From NCBI GenBank assembly GCA_963665125.2, contig CAXXUK010000002.1, forward strand, positions 928,001 through 992,000: a stretch of 64,000 nt of DNA, read 5' to 3'. Shown here in pieces: positions 1 to 13,198 of the stretch (positions within the stretch are counted from its first letter, which is position 1; every line of letters starts with the position of its first letter). A program made the translations under genes and the position numbers. This DNA comes from an uncultured Desulfarculus sp. (GTDB lineage Bacteria; Desulfobacterota; Desulfarculia; Desulfarculales; Desulfarculaceae). The notes under the pieces were generated by a model. That model searched no databases. It worked only from the letters and a program-made list of their open reading frames with translations, and had not been told where the DNA came from.

Positions 1-592
1 CATCTTCCTCGTTGTTGGCCACCACCACCAGCGGCTTGGCCGTCAACAGGCCGAAGCCCTTGAGCTTGACGTGGCCGGCCAGCTCGGGGTTGCCGCGCAG
101 GGGCTTTTCCGCGTCCAAGAGGGCCTTGGCCTCGGTGAGCAGGGCCATTTCTTCCTCGTCCTGCTTGCGGCCGCGTTTCTTGTCGGACTCCATGCGCTCC
201 AGACGGCGCTCCACGGTGATCAGGTCGTTGAGGAGCATCTCCTGGGCGAATTCCTCATGGGCGGCAGCCGCGTCGGGCGCGCCCAGGCCGCCGTCAAAGT
301 TGCGCACCACCTCCACCAGGGCGTCGGCACCGCGCAGATCGGCGGGCAGCTTGGTGGTGGGGTCGTCGGCCTTGGCCAGGGGCTGGGGCGGGTCCACGAA
401 CGTTATCTGGGCGTAGGTGGTCTTCTTGGGGCTGTACATGGCCGAGAGCTTGTCCACGCGCTCGTCGGGCACGGGCAACAGGGCCTGGCTGGCCTCGTCG
501 CGGGCCTTGGCCTGGGTGATCTTGCGGCCGCTCAGGGCCTGGAACAGCGTCGACTTGCCCGAGGAGGCCAGTCCGCACAGGGCCAGTTTCAT
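1..592 (-). CDS. YchF/Obg-family ATPase-like protein (runs off left edge)
   Basis: Manual translation from ATG at 592: MKLALCGLASSGKSTLFQAL...PVPDERVDKLSAMYSPKKTTYAQITFVD...DALVEVVRNF, YchF-type motifs; not in the ORF track because it is open-ended. Confidence 0.8.
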   Translation of the reverse strand, partial: MKLALCGLASSGKSTLFQALSGRKITQAKARDEASQALLPVPDERVDKLSAMYSPKKTTYAQITFVDPPQPLAKADDPTTKLPADLRGADALVEVVRNFDGGLGAPDAAAAHEEFAQEMLLNDLITVERRLERMESDKKRGRKQDEEEMALLTEAKALLDAEKPLRGNPELAGHVKLKGFGLLTAKPLVVVANNEED

Positions 593-603
593 TATTTGCC
601 TCC

Positions 604-2896
<2,293 letters not shown>

Positions 2897-2908
2897 ATAG
2901 CCCCAAAC

Positions 2909-2943
2909 ACAAACCCCGGTGGCGGCAACCACCGGGGTTTCTT
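2909..2943. terminator. Intrinsic terminator hairpin between convergent genes
   Basis: aaaccccggtgg-cggcaa-ccaccggggttt. Confidence 0.7.
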
Positions 2944-2991
2944 GATACCACTATAAGCCGGGTCGCGCCAGGGCGCGGCCGGCCGCTTTGC

Positions 2992-3354
2992 CTAGTCCTT
3001 GCCGTTGACGGCGATGACAAAATTGCCCTTGATGGCCTCGAAGGTTATCTCCGTGACTATGAATCCGTCGCGGTGGAACGTCGTTGTCTTGTGTTCGCCC
3101 TCCAGGAAGTCAAACGTGAACGTCTCGGTGCTCGTTTGCTTGTCTGCCGTTGATTCGTAGGTCGCCACGCACTTGAGGATGGCCCGGTGCGGCAGGAAGG
3201 TGGTGCACATGATTTCCACCGTGCCCGTGTTGGGCTTGGTGGTCCAGGAATCCGGCGCCGAGAGGCCCGTGTTATCGCCAAAAGCCGCGCACGGCACGGC
3301 GCGCAGCACAAAAAACACCGCCAGCGCCAGTAAACTCATTTTGCGCATCATCAT
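2992..3354 (-). CDS. Secreted hypothetical protein (paralog 4 of 4)
   Basis: Signal peptide MRKMSLLALAVFFVLRAVPCAA; shares SWTxxPNxGTV and DG(F/Y)IVxxIxF with neighbours. Confidence 0.8.
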   Translation of the reverse strand: MMMRKMSLLALAVFFVLRAVPCAAFGDNTGLSAPDSWTTKPNTGTVEIMCTTFLPHRAILKCVATYESTADKQTSTETFTFDFLEGEHKTTTFHRDGFIVTEITFEAIKGNFVIAVNGKD

Positions 3355-3402
3355 GCTTGCTCTCCATAGGCCTGAAACTGAACCGGCGCGGCCCAGCATG
3401 CC

Positions 3403-3768
3403 TTACTCGCCGTACACGGCGTTGATCTGAACATGGCCCTGTTGGGTCGTGAACTCGATGCGCGAGACAACATAGCCGTCGTAGTGATAATGCTTGTCCA
3501 CCTTGATGACCGGACGGAAGCTGGTGTTCAGGGACACGGTCTTTTCCGAGCCGTCAGTTGTTGACTTGAAGAAGACCGTGCCCGTAATCCGGGCCTTCAT
3601 CGACACGGCAAGCAGGGTTACATCCACCGTGCCCACGTTGGGTTCGATGGTCCAAGATTGGCCTTCGGCCAAGAGCTTGGTTTCATCGGCGTTGGCCGGG
3701 CCGGGGAGCAATAAGGCGGTGAGCATCAACAGTACCGCGAACGCCCCCAAAGAGCTTCTTAACCTCAT
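3403..3768 (-). CDS. Secreted hypothetical protein (paralog 3 of 4)
   Basis: Signal peptide ending PANA; DETKLLAEGQSWTIEPNVGTV; GGAG RBS. Confidence 0.85.
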   Translation of the reverse strand: MRLRSSLGAFAVLLMLTALLLPGPANADETKLLAEGQSWTIEPNVGTVDVTLLAVSMKARITGTVFFKSTTDGSEKTVSLNTSFRPVIKVDKHYHYDGYVVSRIEFTTQQGHVQINAVYGE

Positions 3769-3806
3769 GGTGGGTCTCCTATCAACAGAAACCGAACCTC
3801 GCGGCC

Positions 3807-4181
3807 CTACATGCCATCGCCGCTGTATACGGCGTCGATCTGGATATCGCCGACATTGGCCTTGAAGGTGATGCTGGTGATGATGTAGCCGTCAAGACGG
3901 ATTGTCTTGCGGGCCTCCCTGCCGGAAATGGTATTGACCAATATGGCTTGGTTTACATCGGCGCCGCCGCTTTTGGGTTTTAATGTCGCCGAGCCGGTGA
4001 GCTGGGCATACGTGCTGGCCGTGTTGATGGTCACCGTCACGGTGCCGACGTTGGGATGGATGGTCCAGGAATTGCCCTGGGCCAGGAGCTTGGATTCATC
4101 GGCTCTGGCCGGGCCGGGAATCAGCAGGGCCGTGGCCAAGAGCAGGGCCGCGATCATCAAAACTCCGCGTGTGGTTTTCAT
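3807..4181 (-). CDS. Secreted hypothetical protein (paralog 2 of 4)
   Basis: Signal peptide ending PARA; DESKLLAQGNSWTIHPNVGTV; GAGGAG RBS. Confidence 0.85.
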   Translation of the reverse strand: MKTTRGVLMIAALLLATALLIPGPARADESKLLAQGNSWTIHPNVGTVTVTINTASTYAQLTGSATLKPKSGGADVNQAILVNTISGREARKTIRLDGYIITSITFKANVGDIQIDAVYSGDGM

Positions 4182-4194
4182 CGCGAGACTCCTC

Positions 4195-4566
4195 TTAATA
4201 ATGGAAACTGAAGTCGATATTTATATAGCCCTTTTCAGATTTAAATACGATTTTCGAGACGTTAAATCCGTCCATATGATATCTCCTAACGGTTGGCATG
4301 CCGACGGCGGGGAGGTTCTCATGGATCGGCTTGGCCCACATCGCGCCGTCGCCTGAGGGGGCGAACACCACCGTGCCGCTGAGAATGGCGTCGCCTCCGA
4401 TGGCGGACAGGGTGACATTCACTGTGGGGATCCCCAAGTCGTCGAGTGTATAGGTCTGGCCTTCGCTTATCGAATATACATAGTTTGCTCCGGCCGGAGA
4501 GGGCGGCATCAGGGCCGTGGCCAAGAGCAGGGCCGCGATAATCAATAATCCGCGTGTGGTTTTCAT
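4195..4566 (-). CDS. Secreted hypothetical protein (paralog 1 of 4)
   Basis: Signal peptide MKTTRGLLIIAALLLATAL nearly identical to that of paralog 2; DGFNVSKIVF motif. Confidence 0.85.
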   Translation of the reverse strand: MKTTRGLLIIAALLLATALMPPSPAGANYVYSISEGQTYTLDDLGIPTVNVTLSAIGGDAILSGTVVFAPSGDGAMWAKPIHENLPAVGMPTVRRYHMDGFNVSKIVFKSEKGYINIDFSFHY

Positions 4567-4651
4567 CGCGAGTCTCCGTGAACATTGCCAACAGCGCGGC
4601 GCCAGGGGCCGCAGAATTATCCAACTCTATGCCAATTTGCCAGGCGCGGTC

Positions 4652-4690
4652 AAAACAAAACCCCGGCGGCGTCAACCACCGGGGCCTTTG
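4652..4690 (-). terminator. Terminator-like hairpin downstream of ahbC; near-copy of the 2909 hairpin
   Basis: aaaacaaaaccccggcggcgtcaaccaccgggg. Confidence 0.6.
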
Positions 4691-4709
4691 ATTTTTCCAT
4701 GGGGCGGGG

Positions 4710-5894
4710 CTAGGGCTTTGCTATCTCCTCGTCGGTGAGGTAGCAGGCCGGATCCGGGGCCCAGAGGTCGCCCGTGGCCGCCTCGGAGCGCACCCGGAAA
4801 TTGCCGCCGCAGATATCAAGCCAGCGGCAGTCCGCGCAGCGCCCGGTGAGGTGGGGCCGCTTGTCCTTGAGCTTGCCCAGGATGGGGTGGCCGGTGTCGG
4901 ACCATATCTCGCTGAAGGGCCGGTTGCGCACGTTGTCGATGGTCAGGTGCCGCCAGAACTGGTCCGGATGCACGCTGCCGTCCCAGCTCACGCAGCCGAT
5001 GCCCCGGCCCGAGCTGTTGCCCTCGTTCCATTGCAGCAGCTTGAGCACTTCCTCTGCCCGCGCCGGGTCTTCGCGCAACATGCGCAAATAGACATACGGC
5101 CCGTCGGCGTGGTTGTCTACGGTGAGCACCTCGGGAGCCTGGCCCTTGTCGAACAGCGCCTTGGTGCGGTCCATGATCAGGTCCAGGAGCTTGCGGGTGT
5201 CGGCGTGGCTCAGGTCTTCTTCCATGAGGCTACTGCCCCGGCCCGCGTAGACCAGGTGATAGAAGCAGACCCTGGGCACGCCCTCGCGCTCCAAAAGGTC
5301 GAATATTTGGGGCACCTCGGCGGCGTTGTGCTTGAAGATGGTGAAGCGCAGGCCCACCTTGAGGCCGGCCTCCATGCTGTTGCGGATGCCGTCCAAGGCC
5401 ATCTCGAATGCGCCGTCAACGCCCCGGAATTTGTCGTGGACCTGTTTCATGCCGTCCAGGCTGACGCCTACGTAGCTAAGTCCCACGTCCTTTAGCTCCT
5501 TGGCCTTGTCCTTGGTGATCAGGGTGCCGTTGGTGCTGATGACCGCCCGCATGCCCTTACCCACGGCGTAGCGGGCCAGCTCGGTGAGGTCGGGCCGTTC
5601 CAGGGGCTCGCCGCCGGAAAAGAGCATCACCGGCGATCCGTATTGGGCCAGGTCGTCGATGAGCGTCTTGCCTTCGGCGGTGGTCAGTTCGTTGTCGGCC
5701 GGGGTGACCTTGGCGTGGGCGTAGCAGTGCACGCATTTGAGGTTGCAGGCCTTAGTCATGTTCCAGACCACGACGGGCTTTTTGTCCTCGGAAAATTGCA
5801 GCAGGTGGCTGGGCAGCTGGCCCGAATGGCGGCCGTAGCGCAGGGCGTCGGAAGGTTCAACCGTGCCGCAGTAGAGTTTGCTGATGCCGATCAT
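4710..5894 (-). CDS. ahbC: Radical SAM/SPASM 12,18-didecarboxysiroheme deacetylase (alternative heme biosynthesis)
   Basis: MIGISKLYCGTVEPSDALRYGR N-terminus, CNLKCVHC, DNHADG, C-terminal CxxCxxxxxCGG...C; near hemB. Confidence 0.9.
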   Translation of the reverse strand: MIGISKLYCGTVEPSDALRYGRHSGQLPSHLLQFSEDKKPVVVWNMTKACNLKCVHCYAHAKVTPADNELTTAEGKTLIDDLAQYGSPVMLFSGGEPLERPDLTELARYAVGKGMRAVISTNGTLITKDKAKELKDVGLSYVGVSLDGMKQVHDKFRGVDGAFEMALDGIRNSMEAGLKVGLRFTIFKHNAAEVPQIFDLLEREGVPRVCFYHLVYAGRGSSLMEEDLSHADTRKLLDLIMDRTKALFDKGQAPEVLTVDNHADGPYVYLRMLREDPARAEEVLKLLQWNEGNSSGRGIGCVSWDGSVHPDQFWRHLTIDNVRNRPFSEIWSDTGHPILGKLKDKRPHLTGRCADCRWLDICGGNFRVRSEAATGDLWAPDPACYLTDEEIAKP

Positions 5895-5986
5895 GTGCGC
5901 TCAAAGTCCTTTCAGCCGCCCGGAGGGTCAACAAATGCGTGGGGGGCCGGGCGGGCCCCCCGTTGATATAAATATAGTTGAGATTT

Positions 5987-7738
5987 CTATTCGTTCAACG
6001 TGTTGTCGTAGTGCTCTTTGAACAACTGCCGCAGGTAACCGTCTGTATCCACAATGGCCTGGCTGGGCAGGTTGTAGTGGATTATACCCGTGCGGTCTCT
6101 GGCCAGGGTCAGGCCCGGCTCCAGCACCGCGCTGAGCCGCATCAGATACGTGCTCAGGTCGATCCCTTCCGCAGCCGCTCCGGCCAGGATGGCCACCTCG
6201 GCGTCTTCGCTGAACGAGATAGTAATACCATACTTCTCGCCAAAGCCCACGGCGAAGTCGCGGACCTGCTCCAGCCTGCCCAGCACATTTCGGAAGGCCG
6301 TCTCCATGCTCATGCCAACCCGGTAGAACTCGTCGGCGATCAGAGCCATGCGGGCGGTGGTCAGCGGCTTGGGGAGGCGGTCGGCGTACATGGCCTGGCG
6401 CTTGTCGATCATCATCAACAGCTCGCGGCGTTCGGCCATGCCGGCGGCATCGTAGCGCTGGTCCTGGTCCTCGGGTGCGGCCAGGACAAGCTGGAGGTGC
6501 TTTCGCGGTTCGGCCACGACTTCCGGGGTAATCACCAGGTGTCTGATGTCGGTGGAGGGCAGGTGCCGCTCAAAGGGCAGGCAGACCCGCTCCACCACCG
6601 AGACAAGGGCCCTGGCTCCGGTGCCCAGTTCGGCGGCCTCGGCGGCCATGGCCTTGAGGGCATCGTCTTCAAAGCGCAGGTCAATGCCGTAGGAGGCGAA
6701 GTCGCGCTTTTTGCTGATGATCACCGGGTTGTTGGGGTTCCGGAGGATTTCGTGCAGATCATCGGCGCCGAGCTTGTCCAGCACAACGGTCACCGGCAGG
6801 CGGCCCACGAACTCGGTCTCGAAGCCGTATTCAACCAGGTCGCCGCTGGAGACCTCATGGAGGATGTCCTGGTCGTCGAGCTGGGCCTTCATCTGGCTGG
6901 AAAAGCCCAGCTGGGCCTTGTTGCGGCGGCGGCGGATCACCTGGGCCAGGTCGCCGAAGGCCCCGCTCATGATGAACAGGATGTGCCGGGTGTTGACGGT
7001 GCGGCGCTCGGCCTTGCCGGTCCGGCGGTACTGTTCGATGGCCTGGATCTGGCTGATGGGGTCGTGGGGCACCTTGAGATCGACATCCGTCTCTTCCATG
7101 GGCTTCAACAGGGCCCGTTGCACGCCTGTACGGCTGACGTCCGGACCGATAAGACCCTGGCTGCTGGCGATCTTGTCGATCTCGTCGATGTAGACTATGC
7201 CGAACTGGGCCAGTTCAATGTCGTCTTCGGCCTCGTGGACCAGGTCGCGGATCAGGTCTTCGACGTCGCCGCCCACGTAGCCGGTTTCGCTGAACTTGGT
7301 GGCGTCGGCCTTGACAAAGGGCACGCCCAGTTTGCTGGCGATGAGCTTGATCATATAGGTCTTGCCCACGCCGGTGGGGCCAATCATCAGGACGTTGTTT
7401 TTAATCATGCCCACGCCGTCGCTGGGGTCGTCGCCCTGGATGCGGCTTAAATATTTTGCCCGGTTGAAGTGCGTGCAAATCTTGGTGGACAAAACCGCCT
7501 TGGCTTCGTCCTGGCGCACGATGTATTGGTCCAGGTAGGATACGAGATCATCAGGTTTGAAGTCGAAACCGATGCGGCTGAAGATCCCGTCATCACCGGA
7601 ATCATCGATGCCGGGCATGGGTTGAATGTTGGGCGTGGTGGTTCCCACTCCGAATTTGGTCACATAATCGGTGATCTGACTGTTTTTTTGTTCGCCCGCG
7701 CCTTGTTCAGGATGCTGATTTTGGGGCATGTTTTTCAT
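5987..7738 (-). CDS. ClpX-like AAA+ ATPase without Zn-binding domain, with C-terminal extension
   Basis: GPTGVGKT, DATKFSETGYVGGDVE, IVYIDEIDKI, EFVGRLP, GARAL; start uncertain. Confidence 0.85.
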   Translation of the reverse strand: MKNMPQNQHPEQGAGEQKNSQITDYVTKFGVGTTTPNIQPMPGIDDSGDDGIFSRIGFDFKPDDLVSYLDQYIVRQDEAKAVLSTKICTHFNRAKYLSRIQGDDPSDGVGMIKNNVLMIGPTGVGKTYMIKLIASKLGVPFVKADATKFSETGYVGGDVEDLIRDLVHEAEDDIELAQFGIVYIDEIDKIASSQGLIGPDVSRTGVQRALLKPMEETDVDLKVPHDPISQIQAIEQYRRTGKAERRTVNTRHILFIMSGAFGDLAQVIRRRRNKAQLGFSSQMKAQLDDQDILHEVSSGDLVEYGFETEFVGRLPVTVVLDKLGADDLHEILRNPNNPVIISKKRDFASYGIDLRFEDDALKAMAAEAAELGTGARALVSVVERVCLPFERHLPSTDIRHLVITPEVVAEPRKHLQLVLAAPEDQDQRYDAAGMAERRELLMMIDKRQAMYADRLPKPLTTARMALIADEFYRVGMSMETAFRNVLGRLEQVRDFAVGFGEKYGITISFSEDAEVAILAGAAAEGIDLSTYLMRLSAVLEPGLTLARDRTGIIHYNLPSQAIVDTDGYLRQLFKEHYDNTLNE

Positions 7739-7948
7739 TCCATGGCGCTTTCCGGGCCTTCTTGGCCCAAAATATTGATCTTGCCGATAATATTTCGGCT
7801 GTCTGATAATGAAGATAATATCGGGTGCCCGGTGATGCAAGGAGGCGGTTAAGCCATTATTTGCACTTGCCGGAATCACGCATTTATGTCATATTTCCTG
7901 AGTTCCAGCCATTATTAGCTGGGAAGCAGAAGTGCGCCCTTTTTTCTA

Positions 7949-7977
7949 TTGCCGATATGGCGTGGGTGGGGTATATA
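7949..7977 (+). promoter_or_regulatory. Sigma70-like promoter of tRNA-tuf operon
   Basis: TTGCCG-17 nt-TATATA just upstream of tRNA-Thr. Confidence 0.5.
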
Positions 7978-7993
7978 ACGAGGCCGAATTCTT

Positions 7994-8069
7994 GCTGGCG
8001 TAGCTCAACTGGTAGAGCAGCTGATTTGTAATCAGCAGGTCGCGGGTTCGACTCCCATCGCCAGCCCCA
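7994..8069 (+). tRNA. tRNA-Thr (TGT)
   Basis: Cloverleaf, anticodon arm gctga-tttgtaa-tcagc, GGTTCGA, CCA end. Confidence 0.97.
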
Positions 8070-8169
8070 GGGTTTACCGCTGGTGCTGGATGCGACGCCG
8101 GCACCGGCGACATTAAAGGGAAAAAAGCCGCCCAAGGCCCCCGAGGCCTGATAAGGCTTAAACATCAGT

Positions 8170-8254
<85 letters not shown>

Positions 8255-8338
8255 CAGAATAGACACCGCGAAGCTAAAATCAGGACTGATCGAGTCAATG
8301 GGTTCGGCTGCGCGGAAAAAATATAAAAGTATGGTTTA

Positions 8339-8415
<77 letters not shown>

Positions 8416-8490
8416 CGAATTGATATAGAGACATTTTCGTCAGTGGCCGGGGTGAATCAATAACGCCGTAAAGCCACAAGGAGTGTCCAG

Positions 8491-9690
<1,200 letters not shown>

Positions 9691-9703
9691 GAAGGGGCAT
9701 CCC

Positions 9704-9856
9704 ATGCCCAGGGATATAATACATCTGGTGTGCCAGGACTGTAAGCGCAAGAACTACACCACGACCAAGAACAAGCGCCGGACTCCGGACAAACTGGAGT
9801 TCAAGAAATACTGCAGGTTCTGTGGTCAACACACGGTGCACCGCGAAGGTAAGTAA
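9704..9856 (+). CDS. rpmG: 50S ribosomal protein L33 (Zn-binding form)
   Basis: Manual translation [50 protein letters not shown]. Confidence 0.97.
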   Translation: MPRDIIHLVCQDCKRKNYTTTKNKRRTPDKLEFKKYCRFCGQHTVHREGK

Positions 9857-9868
9857 GGTTTAAAATGC

Positions 9869-9945
9869 AGGCCTGTGGCTCAATTGGCTAGAGCGCCGGA
9901 CTCCAAATCCGAAGGCTGGGGGTTCGAGTCCCTCCAGGCCTGCCA
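9869..9945 (+). tRNA. tRNA-Trp (CCA)
   Basis: Anticodon loop ctccaaa; canonical rpmG-tRNA-Trp-secE position. Confidence 0.96.
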
Positions 9946-10122
9946 TTTTAAAACTTTTCTCACACGAGGGGCCGTGGCTTCCAACGGGGGGAGGCAAAAC
10001 GGCTAAAGTGAGTATAAGAGCTAAAGAGCCAAAATCGTCTGACCGCGCCAGTTGATGGCGGGGATAGGGCGGTTTTGGTCTTTGTGCCGGGTCCCGTATA
10101 GCCAAGGTGGACAGCCGCTGAT

Positions 10123-10503
10123 ATGGCCAATAAAAAGAGCAAAGACAATAGCCGGGCCGAAAAGCCCAAGGCCGCGATAAAACCCGAAAAGGCAGCAGGC
10201 AAGGCGCCGGTTGCCGCCAAGGGAAAGCAGGCTGCCAAGGCCAAGAACGTGCAGGCCGGCGGCAAGAAGTCGGCCAAGGCGGCTGCCAAGGAAAACGGCA
10301 AGGGTGGTCCCGCCCAGTGGTGGGAAGATTCCGTGCAGTTTCTGCGTGAGGTGCGCAATGAGCTGAAGAAGGTCGTCTGGCCTTCCAAGAAGCAGACCAT
10401 CTCCAGCACCAGCGTGGTCCTGATCCTGGTGGCGATCGTTTCAGCCTACTTGGGCGTGGTCGACTATATATTGTCCCACGTAGTGGGCTACGTCGTCGGT
10501 TGA
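10123..10503 (+). CDS. secE: Preprotein translocase SecE with Lys/Ala-rich N-terminal extension
   Basis: [16 protein letters not shown] followed by a TM helix; upstream of nusG. Confidence 0.95.
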   Translation: MANKKSKDNSRAEKPKAAIKPEKAAGKAPVAAKGKQAAKAKNVQAGGKKSAKAAAKENGKGGPAQWWEDSVQFLREVRNELKKVVWPSKKQTISSTSVVLILVAIVSAYLGVVDYILSHVVGYVVG

Positions 10504-10525
10504 TAATGAAAGGTTTCGGTGCGTA

Positions 10526-11059
10526 GTGGCCAAAAAATGGTACATCGTCCACACCTATTCAGGGTTTGAAAACAAGGTGCGCGATTCCTTGCAAGAGAGA
10601 ATCAAGTCGCACGGCCTGGAGGAGTATTTCGGCCAGGTGCTTGTGCCCATGGAAAAGGTGGTGGAGATGGTCAAGGGCCAGAGGCGGGAAACGTCGCGCA
10701 AGTTCTATCCCGGCTATATCATGGTCGAGATGGAAATGAACGACGAGACCTGGCACCTGGTCAAGGATACGGCCAAGGTCACCGGTTTTGTGGGCGGCAC
10801 GGAGACTGATCCGACGCCGATAAGCGAAGAAGAGGCCCAACGCGTGGTCAGCCAGATGCAGGAAGGGACCAAGGCCCCACGGCCCAAGTTCAGCTTCCAT
10901 GAAGGCGACGAAGTGCGCGTTATAGACGGCCCATTCAATAATTTCAGCGGCACGGTGGAAGAGGTAAACCCGGAGAAGGGAAAACTCAGGGTTCTCATCA
11001 GCATCTTCGGTCGTGCGACTCCAGTCGAACTGGAATTTGTGCAAGTAACAAAGATATAA
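10526..11059 (+). CDS. nusG: Transcription factor NusG
   Basis: [29 protein letters not shown]. Confidence 0.99.
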   Translation: MAKKWYIVHTYSGFENKVRDSLQERIKSHGLEEYFGQVLVPMEKVVEMVKGQRRETSRKFYPGYIMVEMEMNDETWHLVKDTAKVTGFVGGTETDPTPISEEEAQRVVSQMQEGTKAPRPKFSFHEGDEVRVIDGPFNNFSGTVEEVNPEKGKLRVLISIFGRATPVELEFVQVTKI

Positions 11060-11167
11060 CGCGCCGGGCTGCGGCGTAATATCGCGCCGACAGTGGGGCC
11101 CTCGACAGGGCCGGACCGGACGCGGAGCCGGGGACTTATAGAGCCTCGGCGACATCGGAGAACAACA

Positions 11168-11590
11168 ATGGCCAAAAAAGTCGTCGCCAATATCAAGCTG
11201 CATATCCCTGCAGGCAAGGCCAACCCGAGCCCTCCCGTGGGCCCGGCATTGAGCCCTCATGGCGCCAACATCATGGAGTTCTGCAAGGCGTTTAACGCCC
11301 GTACGCAGGGCCAGGGTGACACGATCATCCCGGTGGTGATTTCCGTCTACGCCGACCGCAGCTTCAGCTTCATCACCAAGACTCCGCCGGCGGCAGTACT
11401 TTTGCGCCAGGCGGCCAAGGTGCCCAAGGGCAGCGGAACCCCCAACACCGAAAAGGTGGGCAAGGTTACCAAGGCTCAGGTCGAAGAAATCGCCAAGTTG
11501 AAGATGACCGACCTCAATACCAAGGATCTGGATGCGGCCATGAAGACCATCGCGGGCACCGCGCGGTCCATGGGTCTGGAAGTAGTCTAG
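11168..11590 (+). CDS. rplK: 50S ribosomal protein L11
   Basis: [20 protein letters not shown]. Confidence 0.99.
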   Translation: MAKKVVANIKLHIPAGKANPSPPVGPALSPHGANIMEFCKAFNARTQGQGDTIIPVVISVYADRSFSFITKTPPAAVLLRQAAKVPKGSGTPNTEKVGKVTKAQVEEIAKLKMTDLNTKDLDAAMKTIAGTARSMGLEVV

Positions 11591-11618
11591 CAACCAGTTC
11601 GCATCACAGTGAGTTTTG

Positions 11619-11652
11619 CCCGTGGAGGCCTGGCCAGGCCGGAAGTACACGG
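11619..11652 (+). promoter_or_regulatory. Possible L1-binding autoregulatory stem-loop before rplA
   Basis: ccgtg-gag-gcctggccaggc-cggaagta-cacgg stem with asymmetric purine-rich internal loop. Confidence 0.35.
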
Positions 11653-11679
11653 GGCTCCGAAAAATAATGGAGGCTTATC

Positions 11680-12390
11680 ATGGCCAAGCATGGAAAGAAA
11701 TTTTACTCGGCCCGTGAAAAAGTTGACCGCAATGAGCGCTACAGCTTTGAGGGTGGCCTGGGTGCCGTTCTGGGCGCCAAATACGCTACCTTCGACGAAT
11801 CGGTGGACGCCGCTGTCCGCCTGGGCGTCGACCCCCGCCACGCCGACCAGATGGTCCGCGGCACCGTAGTTCTGCCTCACGGCACCGGCAAGACCGTCCG
11901 CGTTGCGGTATTTGCCAAGGGCGAAAAAGAGCAGGAAGCCAAGGACGCCGGCGCCGATGTCGTGGGCGCCGAGGAACTGGCCGAAAAGATACAGGGCGGC
12001 TGGCTGGAGTTTGACCGTTGCGTGGCCACCCCCGATATGATGGCCCTAGTCGGCAAGCTGGGCCGTGTCCTGGGCCCGCGCGGCATGATGCCCAACACCA
12101 AGACCGGTACGGTCACCTTTGAACTGGAAAAGGCCATCAAGGAAATCAAGGCCGGTAAGATCCAGTTCCGCGTTGACAAGGCCGGCATTATCCACGCCCC
12201 CATCGGCAAGACCAGCTTTGGCGTGGAAAAGCTCAAGGAAAACCTCGAAGCTCTGGTGGAAAAGCTGGTAAAGATGAAACCGGCAGCCGCCAAGGGCACC
12301 TATGTAAAGGGTATTACGTTGTCTTCGACCATGGGCCCGGGCGTCAAGATCGACACCGGCGAAGTCAAGACAATGATGATTAGCAAGTAG
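11680..12390 (+). CDS. rplA: 50S ribosomal protein L1
   Basis: [30 protein letters not shown]. Confidence 0.99.
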   Translation: MAKHGKKFYSAREKVDRNERYSFEGGLGAVLGAKYATFDESVDAAVRLGVDPRHADQMVRGTVVLPHGTGKTVRVAVFAKGEKEQEAKDAGADVVGAEELAEKIQGGWLEFDRCVATPDMMALVGKLGRVLGPRGMMPNTKTGTVTFELEKAIKEIKAGKIQFRVDKAGIIHAPIGKTSFGVEKLKENLEALVEKLVKMKPAAAKGTYVKGITLSSTMGPGVKIDTGEVKTMMISK

Positions 12391-12449
12391 CAGGTTCGAG
12401 CGATAGCCCGTTTAAAAACGGGCTGTTTATATAAGTGGTTCTGGGCCTG

Positions 12450-12530
12450 CCCGGATCAGAGACAGCGGGTGGCGGTAAAACGCCGTAATGGACCTTCACG
12501 GTGCGCCCGCCGAGACACACAGGGCAGGCG
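12450..12530 (+). promoter_or_regulatory. L10 leader (rplJ autoregulatory RNA)
   Basis: agacagcggg...taa...cccgccgag pattern in the rplA-rplJ spacer; ends approximate. Confidence 0.6.
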
Positions 12531-12606
12531 GCGCGATTTATCGCGGCGTAGGCAAAGTGGTCTTTGAGAAAAGGCCGGGTCCAGGCGTCAAAAGTAAGGA
12601 GAGGAC

Positions 12607-13128
12607 GTGAAGCGTAGCGAAAAAGAAGCTCTGGTCCAGGATATGGCAGAGCGCTTTGGTCGCGCGCGGGCGGTGTTCCTGACGGACTTCCGTGGTCTCA
12701 AAGTTGAGCAGATGACCGAACTGCGGGCTCAGCTCAAAGAAAAAGACCTGGAATACAAAGTCCTGAAGAACACCTTGATCAAGCTCGCGGCCCAGGGCAC
12801 TCAGGCTGAATCACTGGTCGAAGGGCTCGACGGCCCCAACGGTGTGGCCATCAGCTACGAGGATCCGGTGGAACTGGCCAAGACCCTCAAGGATTTTGCC
12901 AAGACCAACGACAAGCTGGTAATCAAATCCGGCCTCGTTGAAGGCAAACCTGTTGGGGCGGACCAGGTCGAAGCCCTGGCCAAGCTGCCCGGCAAGGAGC
13001 AGCTGCTGGCAATGCTGCTGGGCGCCATGAACGGCGTGCCTCGCAATGCCGTGTCGGTCTTGGCTCAGATTATCCGGGGCCTTGTAAATGTGCTCAAGGC
13101 TATCGAAGAACAAAAAGAAGCCGCCTAG
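12607..13128 (+). CDS. rplJ: 50S ribosomal protein L10
   Basis: DFRGLKV, VLKNTL, LAKLPGKEQL; GTG start. Confidence 0.98.
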   Translation: MKRSEKEALVQDMAERFGRARAVFLTDFRGLKVEQMTELRAQLKEKDLEYKVLKNTLIKLAAQGTQAESLVEGLDGPNGVAISYEDPVELAKTLKDFAKTNDKLVIKSGLVEGKPVGADQVEALAKLPGKEQLLAMLLGAMNGVPRNAVSVLAQIIRGLVNVLKAIEEQKEAA

Positions 13129-13198
13129 TAAAAGCGAAATCATCGCGCGAAAGAGGCAGGGCCCATGAGTGGCCCGCCAATAGAAAGGAACCAGTAAA

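Noticed and set aside
10123..10320. Lys/Ala-rich N-terminal extension of SecE (and short one on L5)
   Set aside because: Low-complexity lineage-specific extensions with no further evidence of a distinct function
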